A DNA stretch of 64,000 bases from Coprothermobacterota bacterium (GTDB lineage Bacteria > Coprothermobacterota > Coprothermobacteria > Coprothermobacterales > Coprothermobacteraceae), in the NCBI GenBank assembly GCA_036679065.1, contig JAZIGN010000003.1, positions 224,001 through 288,000 on the forward strand, in the 5' to 3' direction. Under the pieces are notes generated by a model. The model was not told where the DNA came from, ran no database searches, and saw only the letters and a list, made by a program, of their open reading frames with translations. Made by a program: the position numbers and the translations under genes. Of this stretch, positions 1 through 10,350 are shown in pieces; the first letter of the stretch is position 1, and each line of letters starts with the position of its first letter.

Positions 1-982
1 GAGTGGATGCAATGGTACCTAAAATACCTGGCACTCTTCCTACATTTTCTCCGGCAAACTGGATTACGGCTACATCGTCAGTGAAAGAGATGCTCTTTAC
101 CACACCGTGGGTTATGCAAGAATCAGCAGAGATAACTGTATCGGGTCCTTCTTGCGGATTGAATGTGTTCATGTTGTAAATGTGTACGGGAATGTGCCCT
201 TTGCTAGCTGGTTCAATGGCAGAATGGTGAAGAATTTTGGCTCCAAAGTAAGAAAGCTCTGCTGCTTCATCGTAGCTGAGCTGCCTTATGGGTTTTGCTT
301 CTTTTAGGAATTTTGGGTCACAGCTCATGAAACCAGGCACATCCTTGTACAGCTCAGCCCTTTCAGCACTCAGGCAATAAGCAAGTGAAGTGGCTGTGTA
401 ATCGCTACCTCCTCTACCTAGTACGGTGACCTTGCCATCGCAAACACCGTAAAATCCGGGGACCACGTAATTTTGATCTTCTTCAAAATGCTGTTTCACG
501 TGGGCTTCTGTTTGACTTAGGTCCACTGTGGCATTCCCGTAAGTGCCATCAGTTATGAGACCGAACTGTTCTGGAAGCATTTCTGAGCAGGTTATGTCGC
601 GGCCATTAAGATGGATTGTGAGTAGCAGAGAAGAGCAGCGTTCTCCGTGACTGAGAACGTAATCGTAAACGAATGGAGGGGCTTCACCTATGAGCTGAGC
701 ACCGAGAAGGAAGTCCCTTATGGCAAATACGCGTTGGTGCAGCTCTAAGGACGGGTTTTGCAAAAAAGCCTGATAAATACGCTCCATGTTCTCAAGAAAC
801 TCTTTGATGTCCAAGGTTGCTAGATTATCGAGTGCCTCTTTTAGCATGTTAGTTACGCCACTAACGGCTGACACCACAAGTACAAACGGTGTTTGACGCA
901 GCCGCAAAATGTTTTCAATCTTTTCCAAATCACCTTTGCTTTTCAGCGTGGAACCACCAAATTTCAAGACAATGCTTTTCAC
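1..982 (-). CDS. lysC: Aspartate kinase (partial, runs off window start)
   Basis: Manual translation from GTG at 982 (overlaps metH stop): MKSIVLKFGGST...VLVVSAVSGVT...VVPGFYG...VLGRGGSDYTA...KDVPGFMSCDPK...LSYDEAAELSYFGAKILH. Not in the ORF track because its stop lies outside the window. Confidence 0.93.
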   Translation of the reverse strand, partial: MKSIVLKFGGSTLKSKGDLEKIENILRLRQTPFVLVVSAVSGVTNMLKEALDNLATLDIKEFLENMERIYQAFLQNPSLELHQRVFAIRDFLLGAQLIGEAPPFVYDYVLSHGERCSSLLLTIHLNGRDITCSEMLPEQFGLITDGTYGNATVDLSQTEAHVKQHFEEDQNYVVPGFYGVCDGKVTVLGRGGSDYTATSLAYCLSAERAELYKDVPGFMSCDPKFLKEAKPIRQLSYDEAAELSYFGAKILHHSAIEPASKGHIPVHIYNMNTFNPQEGPDTVISADSCITHGVVKSISFTDDVAVIQFAGENVGRVPGILGTIAST

Positions 983-3306
983 GGCTCATTGCCACCTTTT
1001 CTTTCCATGAAGGCTTTGCAGATTTGCAGTGCTTCCATGGCATCTTTTGCGTACTCCACACCGAATTCATCTGCCAGTTGTCTGTTCATGGAGGCTCCGC
1101 CGGCTATGACAAAGGCTTGTATGTTGTTTGCCTTGAGCATATCCACCACTTCTTTCACTTGCGATACGGTGGTGGTCATCATGGCTGACAGGCCCACAAT
1201 ATCGGGTTTGTACTCTTGGCAAGCTTCAAGAATGGTGTGAGCTGGGACGTCTTTCCCCACATCATAAACATCGAAACCACCGCTTCTTAGTACGGTGGCC
1301 ACTATGTTCTTCCCAATGTCATGAATATCCCCCTGAACTGTGGCAAGAAGTACTTTTCCCAGTTTTACCTGTGCTTCACCCAATAGGCTGTTTAGGTAAT
1401 CAAAACAAGGCTGGACTGTTTCTGCTGCTAATATGAGGTGTGGCAGGTAAATAACGCCTTTTGCATAAAGCTCACCCACTTTTTGCATGGCTTCAGCCAG
1501 AATGTGTTGACTCACATAAAGTGGATCATGCTCGTTTAGCTGCTGCTTGGTGAACTCCAGCAACGCATCTTTTTGTCCCTTTACTATGAGGTTTACCAGC
1601 TCGTCATCAATGGCGTTCTGCGTCGTACCAAGCTGTTTGCCCTTCAGCGCCAGACATCCTTGAAGAACGTTCATAGTGGTGGCTTCCTTGCTGTTCAATA
1701 TGGCGGCGCTGAGTCCGTTTTCCACACTTAGCCCCAGGAAAGCGGCATTAATACTTTCCCTATTTGGCATACCAAAGCTTAAATTGGACAGCCCTATGGA
1801 AGTTTGTAAGCCAGATTCCGTGAGCGATTTAATGGTATTTAGTGTTACATGGTAGTCACTGCCAGCCCCTAGTGGCAAAACTAATGGATCAAAAAACACC
1901 CTTTTTAGGTCAACACCGTTAGCTTTAATGATTTCTACAGCCTTTTTTGCCACACTTAAGCGATCCTGTGCGGTTTGTGGAATGTCTTTCTCCATGGTGA
2001 GTACAATTAGCATGCCCCCGTACTTCTTTAGCAGAGCTAGCCTACTGTTAAGGTGTTCTTCTCTTGCCAGAGCTGAGTTGATAAGCGGCCTGCCCACGTA
2101 TTCACGCATGGCCGTTTCCAGAAAGGCCGCGTCTTGTATGTCCAAGGAAAGAGGTAAAGAAGAAACCCTATCTAATTCCAGTACGGCTTGTTTAAAGTGT
2201 TCATGAGTGAGCAGTTTTTCTATGCCCAAGTTTACGTCAATAACTGCGGAGCCCTCTTCTTCTTGCTTGCGTGCCAAATTGAGCATCTCTGTGTAGTCCA
2301 TATCTTGGAAGCTCTTCTGTAGCTTTTTACGTCCACTGGCGTTTATGCGTTCCCCGATCACCAAAAACGGTTCTACAGTTTTTATCACAGTGCGCGATGA
2401 CAAAAACTGGTCATTTCTCACAGTTCTCTGACGTGGTTTTTGCTTCCCCACATACTTGCTCATGAGCGCTATATGGTCTGGACCAGTACCACAGCAGCCG
2501 CCCACCAAGTTTGCTCCCAATTCCACAAAATCTGCCATGTAAACTGCAAATTCTTCCGGTGTGCTTTTATACGTAAGCACACCTTTGTTGTACAAGGGTT
2601 TGCCTGCGTTGGGTTCCACAGAGAGGGGCTTGTGGCAATATTCTGCTAATCGCATGAACACGGGAAGCATGTCCTTTGGTTCCAAGGTGCAGTTTATGCC
2701 AACTACGTCCACATCTAAATCGTTCATCAAAGTTGCAAAAATCTCCACTGATGTTCCCGTAACACTGATACCATCTGCTTCAAAAGTCATGTGGGCAATG
2801 AGCGGTATATCCGTTGATACGTTGCGGATGGCCAATATGGCTGCTTTTAGCTCTTTCAAGTCGGACATGGTCTCCACAATGATGCCGTCTACTCCAGCGT
2901 CAATGAGCAGCGCGGCTTGTTCTCGAAATACGTTGTATGCTTCTTCAAAATCCAAGTCGCCCAGAGGCCTTACAAACATGCCCGTGGAAGACATATCACC
3001 AAGTACCAATTTGCCGGGAGCTGCGTGGCGGGCAATCTTCACAGCGTTCTCATTTATTTTTCTTATGTGCTCTTCCAACCCCATGGATCGCAGTTTTAGG
3101 CGGTTAGCACTGAAGGTATTGGTAAGTACAACATCAGCTCCTGCCTCAGCGTACGCTTTCTGAAGATCTTCTACTACTTTGGGGGTGTCAATATTAAGCA
3201 GTTCCACCGCGCCTTTGTAACCCTGCTTGAAAAACTCCGTACCATAGGCACCATCAAGAAATAAAACACGTTCACTTAACAGTTCTAAGAATGTTTTTCT
3301 GTTCAT
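979..3306 (-). CDS. metH: Cobalamin-dependent methionine synthase (Hcy, folate and B12 domains; no C-terminal reactivation domain)
   Basis: LDGAYGT, GGCCGT, IGERINASG and GDIHDIGKNIV B12-binding motif. Start placed at MNRKTF (3306). Confidence 0.95.
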   Translation of the reverse strand: MNRKTFLELLSERVLFLDGAYGTEFFKQGYKGAVELLNIDTPKVVEDLQKAYAEAGADVVLTNTFSANRLKLRSMGLEEHIRKINENAVKIARHAAPGKLVLGDMSSTGMFVRPLGDLDFEEAYNVFREQAALLIDAGVDGIIVETMSDLKELKAAILAIRNVSTDIPLIAHMTFEADGISVTGTSVEIFATLMNDLDVDVVGINCTLEPKDMLPVFMRLAEYCHKPLSVEPNAGKPLYNKGVLTYKSTPEEFAVYMADFVELGANLVGGCCGTGPDHIALMSKYVGKQKPRQRTVRNDQFLSSRTVIKTVEPFLVIGERINASGRKKLQKSFQDMDYTEMLNLARKQEEEGSAVIDVNLGIEKLLTHEHFKQAVLELDRVSSLPLSLDIQDAAFLETAMREYVGRPLINSALAREEHLNSRLALLKKYGGMLIVLTMEKDIPQTAQDRLSVAKKAVEIIKANGVDLKRVFFDPLVLPLGAGSDYHVTLNTIKSLTESGLQTSIGLSNLSFGMPNRESINAAFLGLSVENGLSAAILNSKEATTMNVLQGCLALKGKQLGTTQNAIDDELVNLIVKGQKDALLEFTKQQLNEHDPLYVSQHILAEAMQKVGELYAKGVIYLPHLILAAETVQPCFDYLNSLLGEAQVKLGKVLLATVQGDIHDIGKNIVATVLRSGGFDVYDVGKDVPAHTILEACQEYKPDIVGLSAMMTTTVSQVKEVVDMLKANNIQAFVIAGGASMNRQLADEFGVEYAKDAMEALQICKAFMERKGGNEP

Positions 3307-3866
3307 TGATACCACCCAATCATGCAAGTGGTTGTTTTCCGAGGTACCATTTCGCCACTGCTTAGTACTCTTACGTTTTCCACTCTGATCAGCTCCTTCA
3401 CAATGTATTGGTTCATGCGGACATCCACATCTCCGTAACCAGGAGAGAACCTCATAGTACCTTCTCCAAACTTCTGGCGCAGTTCCTTATCAAAGCTTTC
3501 ATTGAGGGTTTCTAATGCTTCTGATGCCCAGGCATCTAGCAAGAACGCATCAAAGGTTTTACCTCGATTCAGATATGAGCTGATTAGATTGTCAATTTCT
3601 TCTCCAAGCGTAGAAAGAAAAACAGTTACTTGTTTCACTCCCTGGAATATGCTAGGCAGGAGTTGTGGCAGGAGCGTTTGTGAGTCACTGGTGATGTAGT
3701 AGATCACAGGATCAATGTGGGAAAAGCCCTCTAAGAACAGTCTGTTTGCTCGTTCCATGAAGTCTTTTTCTTTGACAAGAAACGCATAGCGCGCTCCAGC
3801 GCGCGCCAGGAAAACCTTCTTGTCAGGCATGCAGGTTGCCTTTTCTGGTACATAAACCTTTGCCAC
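3303..3866 (-). CDS. Stand-alone methionine synthase reactivation (AdoMet-binding) domain protein
   Basis: FLSTLG...LLDAWASEALE...RFSPGYGD...MVPRKTTT motifs; adjacent to metH. GTG start after a GGAGG RBS (ORF track start 3890). Confidence 0.88.
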   Translation of the reverse strand: MAKVYVPEKATCMPDKKVFLARAGARYAFLVKEKDFMERANRLFLEGFSHIDPVIYYITSDSQTLLPQLLPSIFQGVKQVTVFLSTLGEEIDNLISSYLNRGKTFDAFLLDAWASEALETLNESFDKELRQKFGEGTMRFSPGYGDVDVRMNQYIVKELIRVENVRVLSSGEMVPRKTTTCMIGWYQ

Positions 3867-3941
3867 TGTTTCTTTCCCTCCTTTCGCCATGGTGCTTCTG
3901 GTTTGTTCATGCTCAGAGGTAAGTTCCTGCGATGACCAAAT

Positions 3942-3981
3942 AAAAAAGGGGCGTTCTCAAAAAGCATATAGAGAACGCCCC
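3942..3981 (-). terminator. Intrinsic terminator in the met operon leader
   Basis: Minus strand GGGGCGTTCTC-loop-GAGAACGCCCC followed by a T run. Confidence 0.85.
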
Positions 3982-4012
3982 TTCGGGTACCTCCGAGCGC
4001 AAGTGTTATGCA

Positions 4013-4063
4013 CTACACGCCCGGAGCACCTCCCGGGGCGTTGGTGCACATTATCATAGACAT
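4013..4063 (-). promoter_or_regulatory. Candidate attenuation leader peptide MSMIMCTNAPGGAPGV
   Basis: 16-codon ORF with Met at codons 1, 3 and 5. It contains AACGCCCC, complementary to the terminator 5' arm GGGGCGTT. No clear SD. Confidence 0.45.
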
Positions 4064-4172
4064 ACTAAAAGAACAGAAAAAATCCATTGTGCTCTTGTCT
4101 AATTTATCCACTTCGTTCACCCACATTCAATTTGTCGTAGTATAACACCCGGACAAAGTAAATGCAACATTT

Positions 4173-5885
4173 TTACTGTGGAAATTTGTAAAAGTTTTTG
4201 GAAGCCATGAGTAGCAGTTCATAGGTGACCGCTGCAATCACTACAGATAAACAAATTATGCTTACGTAAATGAGGTTAGTACTCACTTGTTTGTTTAGAA
4301 GGAAGATGGCAGTTGCCCCCATGATACCCACTGGTATAAGAGATAAAAGGAAAAACAATAGTGTAAAGATTCCACGTTTGAAGAGTTGTTGTGGTGTTAC
4401 CCAGTCGAGTTTAGGCATCAAAGCGTCTAGTGCCATGTTTACACAGATGGGCGGAATCATGGCAGGAACAAGCAATGCAATCACCGTAACTATATCCGAC
4501 AGCGACCTGCGAAATAGCAGGGAGAAAGCTACGGTTATCAATGTTGCAAAAACAGTCTCAATGGCAACACAGTTCATAAGTTTTGCATTTACTTGTTCCC
4601 TTCTTTCCACGGGTATGGTTAAAGACATCCAGTAAGTGCTTCCTTCTCTGCTAAACGCTGTGTAACTTACGGAGTTCATAGCAATGCTCATTAACAAAAT
4701 ACTGGCCAATATGAGGTTCATTATGAGATCGCCATTGGGGACATTTAGTAACTGGCTTAAGTCGTTCCCGCTTTGCCCTCCGCTGGAAGATGTGATCATG
4801 GGCAAAAACACTGCAATAAAAAAGATTATGAAAGGGGACAAGGCATTACTTAAGAAAAGTGGCGTTCGCCAGAAAAGTTTCCATTCTTTAGAAAAAAGCG
4901 CCATGGTATGGGTTCTTGTTGTATTAGAGGCCTTAGAGATTTCCTTGCGTGTTAGTCTTTTCTGAGGTGCAGTTGATTCCATACCTGCAATGGCAGCCTT
5001 GTAAAACACCTGCTCTGATATGGCAAGCATACAAATAAAAGCAGCAAATGACATACCAAGAAAAAGAAGAAGGTACAGTAGCCCCTGTGCATTAGGTAAT
5101 GCAATAGCTTTTGCACCCCATAGCGAAGGTGGGAATGCAGCACTAACAGCCTTCAGTATGTTTGCCTGCTCCGAAAGGATCTCTGGTGCATTGCCCATGG
5201 TGGTCAAGCGCTGTGAAAACAGTTGGATACCGATGCCAATAGCTGCGCCAACCAAGGAACCAAGTACAGTAAATATGGTTCTGTTCTTTGTCAGATTCAC
5301 AAAACGCATCAAGATAACGACAATGACTGCTGCTATGGAAAGTGGAAGAAGGGGAGACGTCAAAGTCACAATGGCAGCAACTATCCAGTACATCGCACCT
5401 ACCTGTATGTAGTAAGCATAAAGCCCTATGCCTGCTACCAAAAGGGGAACAAGTAGAGTGTATAAGGTAATCTGTGTGACCAATAGCTTTGTTGCAATTA
5501 TCTGCCAAGGTTTGAATGGCATCGTAATAAGCATGGGCAAGTCTTTAGAATAGTAGAAAGTGCTCATCAAGGTAAAGATGCCTGTGACCAACCCAAGCAG
5601 CTGAGCAGAAAGCAGTGCTACCACCAATACAAGCTCAGGCTGCCCAACCATAAAGCCTGCTTTTATAACTATGTTGAAAGCAGTACTAAAGAAGCCAAAG
5701 AAAAGGAACAGCAAAAAAAGCATGATCAAGACTGCAAAAAGCGTCTGCATCAAGGTGCGCTTGTTCTTGAAGATCTTGTATCTGAGGGCAGACAAATTGA
5801 ACTGCACTTTTAACTGGGTTTTGACTAACGAAAGGAAGGCTCTACTGCTGTTGTTCACTTTGCGCACCTTGTACTGTTTCTTCAT
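4173..5885 (-). CDS. ABC-2-type transporter permease
   Basis: Many TM segments, FSREG motif, downstream of the ABC ATPase. Confidence 0.85.
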   Translation of the reverse strand: MKKQYKVRKVNNSSRAFLSLVKTQLKVQFNLSALRYKIFKNKRTLMQTLFAVLIMLFLLFLFFGFFSTAFNIVIKAGFMVGQPELVLVVALLSAQLLGLVTGIFTLMSTFYYSKDLPMLITMPFKPWQIIATKLLVTQITLYTLLVPLLVAGIGLYAYYIQVGAMYWIVAAIVTLTSPLLPLSIAAVIVVILMRFVNLTKNRTIFTVLGSLVGAAIGIGIQLFSQRLTTMGNAPEILSEQANILKAVSAAFPPSLWGAKAIALPNAQGLLYLLLFLGMSFAAFICMLAISEQVFYKAAIAGMESTAPQKRLTRKEISKASNTTRTHTMALFSKEWKLFWRTPLFLSNALSPFIIFFIAVFLPMITSSSGGQSGNDLSQLLNVPNGDLIMNLILASILLMSIAMNSVSYTAFSREGSTYWMSLTIPVERREQVNAKLMNCVAIETVFATLITVAFSLLFRRSLSDIVTVIALLVPAMIPPICVNMALDALMPKLDWVTPQQLFKRGIFTLLFFLLSLIPVGIMGATAIFLLNKQVSTNLIYVSIICLSVVIAAVTYELLLMASKNFYKFPQ

Positions 5886-6597
5886 CAGTTAACTGCAGGA
5901 ATAGCTCTTCAAGCGATTCGTTGCGTTGTCCGTGACGCAGCTCCTCAAGCGTACCACAGGCGACTAAGCGGCCCCTGTCAATGATGCCTATGCGGTCGCA
6001 AAGCCTTTCTGCTACCTCCAGTACGTGCGTGGAGAAAAATACCGTGTGCCCCTGATCGCAGTGTTCTCTCATCATCTTCTTAAGTTGAAAAGCCGAACGC
6101 GGATCCAAACCCACCATAGGTTCGTCCAAGATCCATACTGAAGGATTATGCAGAAGTGCACCAATGAGTACGGTTTTTTGCCGCATACCGTGTGAATAGC
6201 CTTCTATGAGCCCACCTATGGCATTAGTCATGTCAAAAGCATCCAGCAAATAATTCAGGCGTTCTTGACGCAGGTGCGATGGCACATCGTACACATCAGC
6301 TATGAAATTCAAATATTCAATACCAGTTAGCTTTTCGTAAATATCAGGGTTGTCAGGTACGTATGCGATGGACTTTTTCACTTCCAGTGGTTGGGTGCGT
6401 ATATCATAGCCATCAATCTTGATAGACCCAGATGTGGGTTCTAACAGGCCAACCATCATTTTAATAGTAGTAGACTTGCCAGCCCCGTTAGGACCGATGA
6501 AGCCGAAAAGCTCACCGGACTGAACTGTGAGGCTCAGGTTATCGACTGCTTTTACACCGCTCCTATAAATCTTTGTGACTCCTGTAAGTTCAATCAA
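5842..6597 (-). CDS. ABC transporter ATP-binding protein
   Basis: GPNGAGKST, YSHGMRQK, ILDEP, H-loop STH. Confidence 0.95.
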   Translation of the reverse strand: MIELTGVTKIYRSGVKAVDNLSLTVQSGELFGFIGPNGAGKSTTIKMMVGLLEPTSGSIKIDGYDIRTQPLEVKKSIAYVPDNPDIYEKLTGIEYLNFIADVYDVPSHLRQERLNYLLDAFDMTNAIGGLIEGYSHGMRQKTVLIGALLHNPSVWILDEPMVGLDPRSAFQLKKMMREHCDQGHTVFFSTHVLEVAERLCDRIGIIDRGRLVACGTLEELRHGQRNESLEELFLQLTDEETVQGAQSEQQQ

Positions 6598-6796
6598 TTC
6601 GCGATCCTCCTAGTATGTCGTTAATTCATGCACAATCTTAACACCCTATCAGTGCGTACCGTTATAAATTAAGTAAGTTTCTACGCAAAACACACAAGGA
6701 GACTAACTCAAGCAAAATATTACCTACAATAGCATTTAGGTAAAAGTGAAAGCTTCTCCTATGCTTGGCACTTAAAGGTGTTTTAATCCTCCCCCT

Positions 6797-7489
6797 TTAT
6801 CGTACTAAGCACTGTAATACGTAATTTTCAGTTAGATTTGCTATTTGTTCAAGCTCTTCATGAGTGTAAGGTTCAAACTGTGCAAGGAACAAGGGGTCTA
6901 GTATTTTTGTTGGTACGCAACGTTGCAGGATGTACAGCTTCTCACCTTGAAGCATTTTTGCAATGTTTACTATGTCTTCTCTTGAAAGAATATTTCTCGC
7001 TATTGTGGTGCGAAATTCATGGTCTACAGTGGATTGTTTTATTAGCTCAATGCTTTTCTCAATGTCTGGTTTATCTACTGGCACCTTTGTCACCTCTGAG
7101 TATTTCTCCAAAGGTGCCTTTATATCCATGGCAATGTAATCCACCAAGTTTGCAGAAAGTAAGTCTTTTAGAACGTCTGGGTTACTGCCGTTCGTATCAA
7201 GTTTTATGAGAAATCCCATTTTCCTAATTTTTTCTAAAAATGGCTGAAGATCTTCTTGTAGCGTTGGCTCGCCGCCTGTAACGACTACGGCATCCAGTTT
7301 TTGTGTTCTGCTTTGAAGAAACGCCAAAAACTCTTCTTCCTGCCATGGTTCAGCATACTGCTGTGGGTCTACAAGTTCTGGGTTGTGGCAGTACGGGCAG
7401 CGAAAATTGCAGCCTCTTGTAAAGACGATGGCGCTTATCTTTCCAGGGTAATCAATCAAAGAGAATTTCTGCAATCCACCAATAATCAT
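6797..7489 (-). CDS. nrdG: Anaerobic ribonucleotide reductase activating enzyme (radical SAM)
   Basis: CNFRCPYCHN, TGGEPT; follows nrdD. Confidence 0.93.
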   Translation of the reverse strand: MIIGGLQKFSLIDYPGKISAIVFTRGCNFRCPYCHNPELVDPQQYAEPWQEEEFLAFLQSRTQKLDAVVVTGGEPTLQEDLQPFLEKIRKMGFLIKLDTNGSNPDVLKDLLSANLVDYIAMDIKAPLEKYSEVTKVPVDKPDIEKSIELIKQSTVDHEFRTTIARNILSREDIVNIAKMLQGEKLYILQRCVPTKILDPLFLAQFEPYTHEELEQIANLTENYVLQCLVR

Positions 7490-7506
7490 GCCCTTCTTGT
7501 CTACCT

Positions 7507-9597
7507 CTAAACTTTGAAGGTCTTTCTCATTCTAAACTCTTCCTTCTTACCATGATTCCACTGCTTTACAGGTCGCAAATAGCCTACAACCCTCGAGTAA
7601 ACCTCGGTCTCACTGCCGCACTCTGGACACTTACCATGCTCACCTGAAAGATAACCATGGTTCGGGCATATGCTGAATGTTGGTGTAACAGTAAAGTAAG
7701 GGAGTCTATACTTCTCACAGATTCTTTTCACCAGTAACTTTACCGTACTTGGGTCAGAGATCCTTTCTCCCACAAACAAGTGCATCACTGTGCCACCAGT
7801 GTATTTTGTTTGCAGCTCATCCTGTAAATCCAATGCTTCAAATATGTCATCAGTGTAGTTAACAGGTAGCTGAGTGGAGTTGGTATAAAAAGGCTCCGCA
7901 CCTTCTTTCCAATGTGCTTCGTTTGCACAGACGATATCTGGATATTTCTCCTTATCAATTTTGGCCAATCGGTAAGAAGTGCCCTCTGCTGGCGTGGCTT
8001 CCAAGTTGTAGTTGTTAGATGTTTCTTCTTGATATTGAATGAGCCTCTCACGCATGAAATCAAGCGTTTTTAAAGCGAACTGGTGTCCTTCTTCACTGCC
8101 AATATCAGTTCCAAGTAGATTTAGGCAAGCTTCATTCATGCCAATGAGGCCGATGGTGGAGAAGTGATTCTTCCAGTAACCGCCAAACGTATTCTTAATG
8201 TCCTTTAGATAAAACTTTGTGTAAGGATAAAGTCCCTGTTCTGTGAACCGTTCTAAGACCTTTCTCTTTATCTCGAGGCTGTTCTTGGCTAAATCCATCA
8301 TCTTTGCCAGTGCCTCAAAAAACTCCTCTTCGCTGTGGCACAAATATGCCAATCTGGGCAGATTTATAGTGACCACACCAATGCTTCCTGTTTTCGGATT
8401 AGCTCCGAACAACCCTCCGCCTTTTCTTTCCAGTTTCTGAGTATTGATTCGCAGTCGGCAGCACATGGATCTCACATCTTCCGGCTTCATATCGGAGTTG
8501 ATGAAGTTGGAGAAATAGGGTATGCCGTACTTTGCCGTAATTTCCCACAGAAGCTCCATATTCTCGTTGTCCCAGTCAAAGTCCTCGGTAATGTTGTAAG
8601 TAGGAATGGGAAAGGTGAAAGGCCTTCCTTTAGCATCACCCTCCAACATGACTTCCAAGAAAGCTCTGTTAAGCATGTCCATTTCCTTTTGGAAGTCGCC
8701 GTAGACGGCTTCTTGAAACTCACCTCCTATAATGACGGGCTGATTAGCTAAGTGCTTTGGTGGTGTGAGGTCCAGAGTAATGTTCGTAAAAGGTGTTTGG
8801 AAACCCACCCTCGTGGGCACGTTAACGTTGAAAAGGAATTCTTGCATGGCTTGCTTGACCTCGCGATAGGACAAACCATCGTATCTAATAAAAGGGGCGA
8901 GTAACGTATCAAAATTGGAAAAAGCTTGAGCTCCAGCAGCCTCTCCTTGAAGCGTGTAGAAGAAGTTTACTACCTGCCCCAGGGCACTGCGGAAGTGCTT
9001 AGCTGGTTTGCTTTCCACTTTTCCCGAGCCTGCGCCCTTGAATCCATAACGGAGTAGGTCGATTAAATCCCAGCCAACGCAGTAAACCGAAAGAGTTCCC
9101 AAATCATGTATGTGAAAATCGCCGTTTAGATGCGCTTGCCTTATTTCCTTCGGGTAAATACGGTTAAGCCAATAAACCTTACTGATTTCAGAAGACATGT
9201 AGTTGTTCAAGCCCTGCAAAGAAAATGACATGTTGCTGTTTTCATTAACCTGCCAGTCAATACGTTCAAGGTATTGATCCACTAAATCGGAGTTAGCTTT
9301 TGAAACGATTTCTCTCATTTTGGCATGATCTTCTCGATAAATTATGTAAGCTTTGGCTGTTTTGCGGTAAGGAGAATCCAAGAGGACTTCTTCTACTATG
9401 TCTTGAATTTGTTCTACCGATGGGATTTCTTCCTTGATTACAGTTTGAGCCACGTTTACTACCTTTATCATTAGCTTTTGCGCAACGTCCCTGTCAAATT
9501 CTCCTGTAGCTTGTCCAGCTTTTGCTATGGCATTTGTTATTTTCTCTGCTTCAAAAGGCACAATGCGGCCGTCTCTTTTTCGGATACTCTCAAACAT
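7507..9597 (-). CDS. nrdD: Class III ribonucleoside-triphosphate reductase with N-terminal ATP cone
   Basis: IRKRDGR ATP cone, SMCCRL, CPNH/CPEC Zn site, YSRVVGYLRPV glycyl loop. Confidence 0.96.
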   Translation of the reverse strand: MFESIRKRDGRIVPFEAEKITNAIAKAGQATGEFDRDVAQKLMIKVVNVAQTVIKEEIPSVEQIQDIVEEVLLDSPYRKTAKAYIIYREDHAKMREIVSKANSDLVDQYLERIDWQVNENSNMSFSLQGLNNYMSSEISKVYWLNRIYPKEIRQAHLNGDFHIHDLGTLSVYCVGWDLIDLLRYGFKGAGSGKVESKPAKHFRSALGQVVNFFYTLQGEAAGAQAFSNFDTLLAPFIRYDGLSYREVKQAMQEFLFNVNVPTRVGFQTPFTNITLDLTPPKHLANQPVIIGGEFQEAVYGDFQKEMDMLNRAFLEVMLEGDAKGRPFTFPIPTYNITEDFDWDNENMELLWEITAKYGIPYFSNFINSDMKPEDVRSMCCRLRINTQKLERKGGGLFGANPKTGSIGVVTINLPRLAYLCHSEEEFFEALAKMMDLAKNSLEIKRKVLERFTEQGLYPYTKFYLKDIKNTFGGYWKNHFSTIGLIGMNEACLNLLGTDIGSEEGHQFALKTLDFMRERLIQYQEETSNNYNLEATPAEGTSYRLAKIDKEKYPDIVCANEAHWKEGAEPFYTNSTQLPVNYTDDIFEALDLQDELQTKYTGGTVMHLFVGERISDPSTVKLLVKRICEKYRLPYFTVTPTFSICPNHGYLSGEHGKCPECGSETEVYSRVVGYLRPVKQWNHGKKEEFRMRKTFKV

Positions 9598-9710
9598 AAA
9601 AGAATACCTCCTTCTTTGTAGATCCCCATAACATTCTATTTGATTTGTAAGGTTAGTGTTTCGGTTGAGCCCTTTTTTGGCGTGATACGTTAACAGCCGT
9701 TTTGTCTTTG

Positions 9711-10346
9711 TTAAGGTATCAATTCTCTGAGGGCTTTAGCGGCACCAGTGATATCCTTCTGAGAAACCACCGCAGATATTACAGCAATACCTATGGCTCC
9801 AGCATCCAATACAATTTTTGCGTTGTTCACATTTATTCCTCCGATGGCAACACAGGGCAAAGAAGTGCTTTGACAAATCATTTTGAGCATGTCAACACCT
9901 GTTAGCTTAGCATCGGGTTTGCTTGCAGTACCAAAAACGTCTCCCACACCCAAGTAGTCTGCGCCGCCTTTCTCTGCTAACTTTGCCTGTTCCACGTTTA
10001 CTGCTGAGATGCCTATAATAAATCCAGGAGGTGCTAGTTTTTTTGCCGCATGCAGGGGTAAATCTTCTTGCCCTAAATGCACTCCGTCAGCTTCGGCAGC
10101 CAATGCCACATCAAGCCTATCATTTACGATGAAAAGCACATTGTTTTCTTTGCAAACGTCTTTTATCACCAGAGCTGCTTGATAGTAATCCCGCCCTTTC
10201 ATTTCTTTGTCACGCAACTGTATGGCCGTTGCTCCACCTGCTATGGCTAACTGAGCTTGCTGTCTTAAGGGAACGCCGTTTCCCAGTTTTCTATCCAATA
10301 TGACATACAGTTTTAACTTTTCTTTGAGCTGTTCCTTTGTAACCAT
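9711..10346 (-). CDS. thiE: Thiamine-phosphate synthase
   Basis: QLRDK, IVNDRLDVA, GVHLGQED, AIGGIN. Start at MVTKE. Confidence 0.95.
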   Translation of the reverse strand: MVTKEQLKEKLKLYVILDRKLGNGVPLRQQAQLAIAGGATAIQLRDKEMKGRDYYQAALVIKDVCKENNVLFIVNDRLDVALAAEADGVHLGQEDLPLHAAKKLAPPGFIIGISAVNVEQAKLAEKGGADYLGVGDVFGTASKPDAKLTGVDMLKMICQSTSLPCVAIGGINVNNAKIVLDAGAIGIAVISAVVSQKDITGAAKALRELIP

Positions 10347-10350
10347 GGTT

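Noticed and set aside
3900..4170. Canonical SAM-I riboswitch or T-box
   Set aside because: The conserved ATC-AGAG...GCAACC...GTGC core and the T-box AGGTGGTACC motif are absent.
9598..9710. NrdR boxes upstream of nrdD
   Set aside because: No convincing match to the tandem palindromic consensus.
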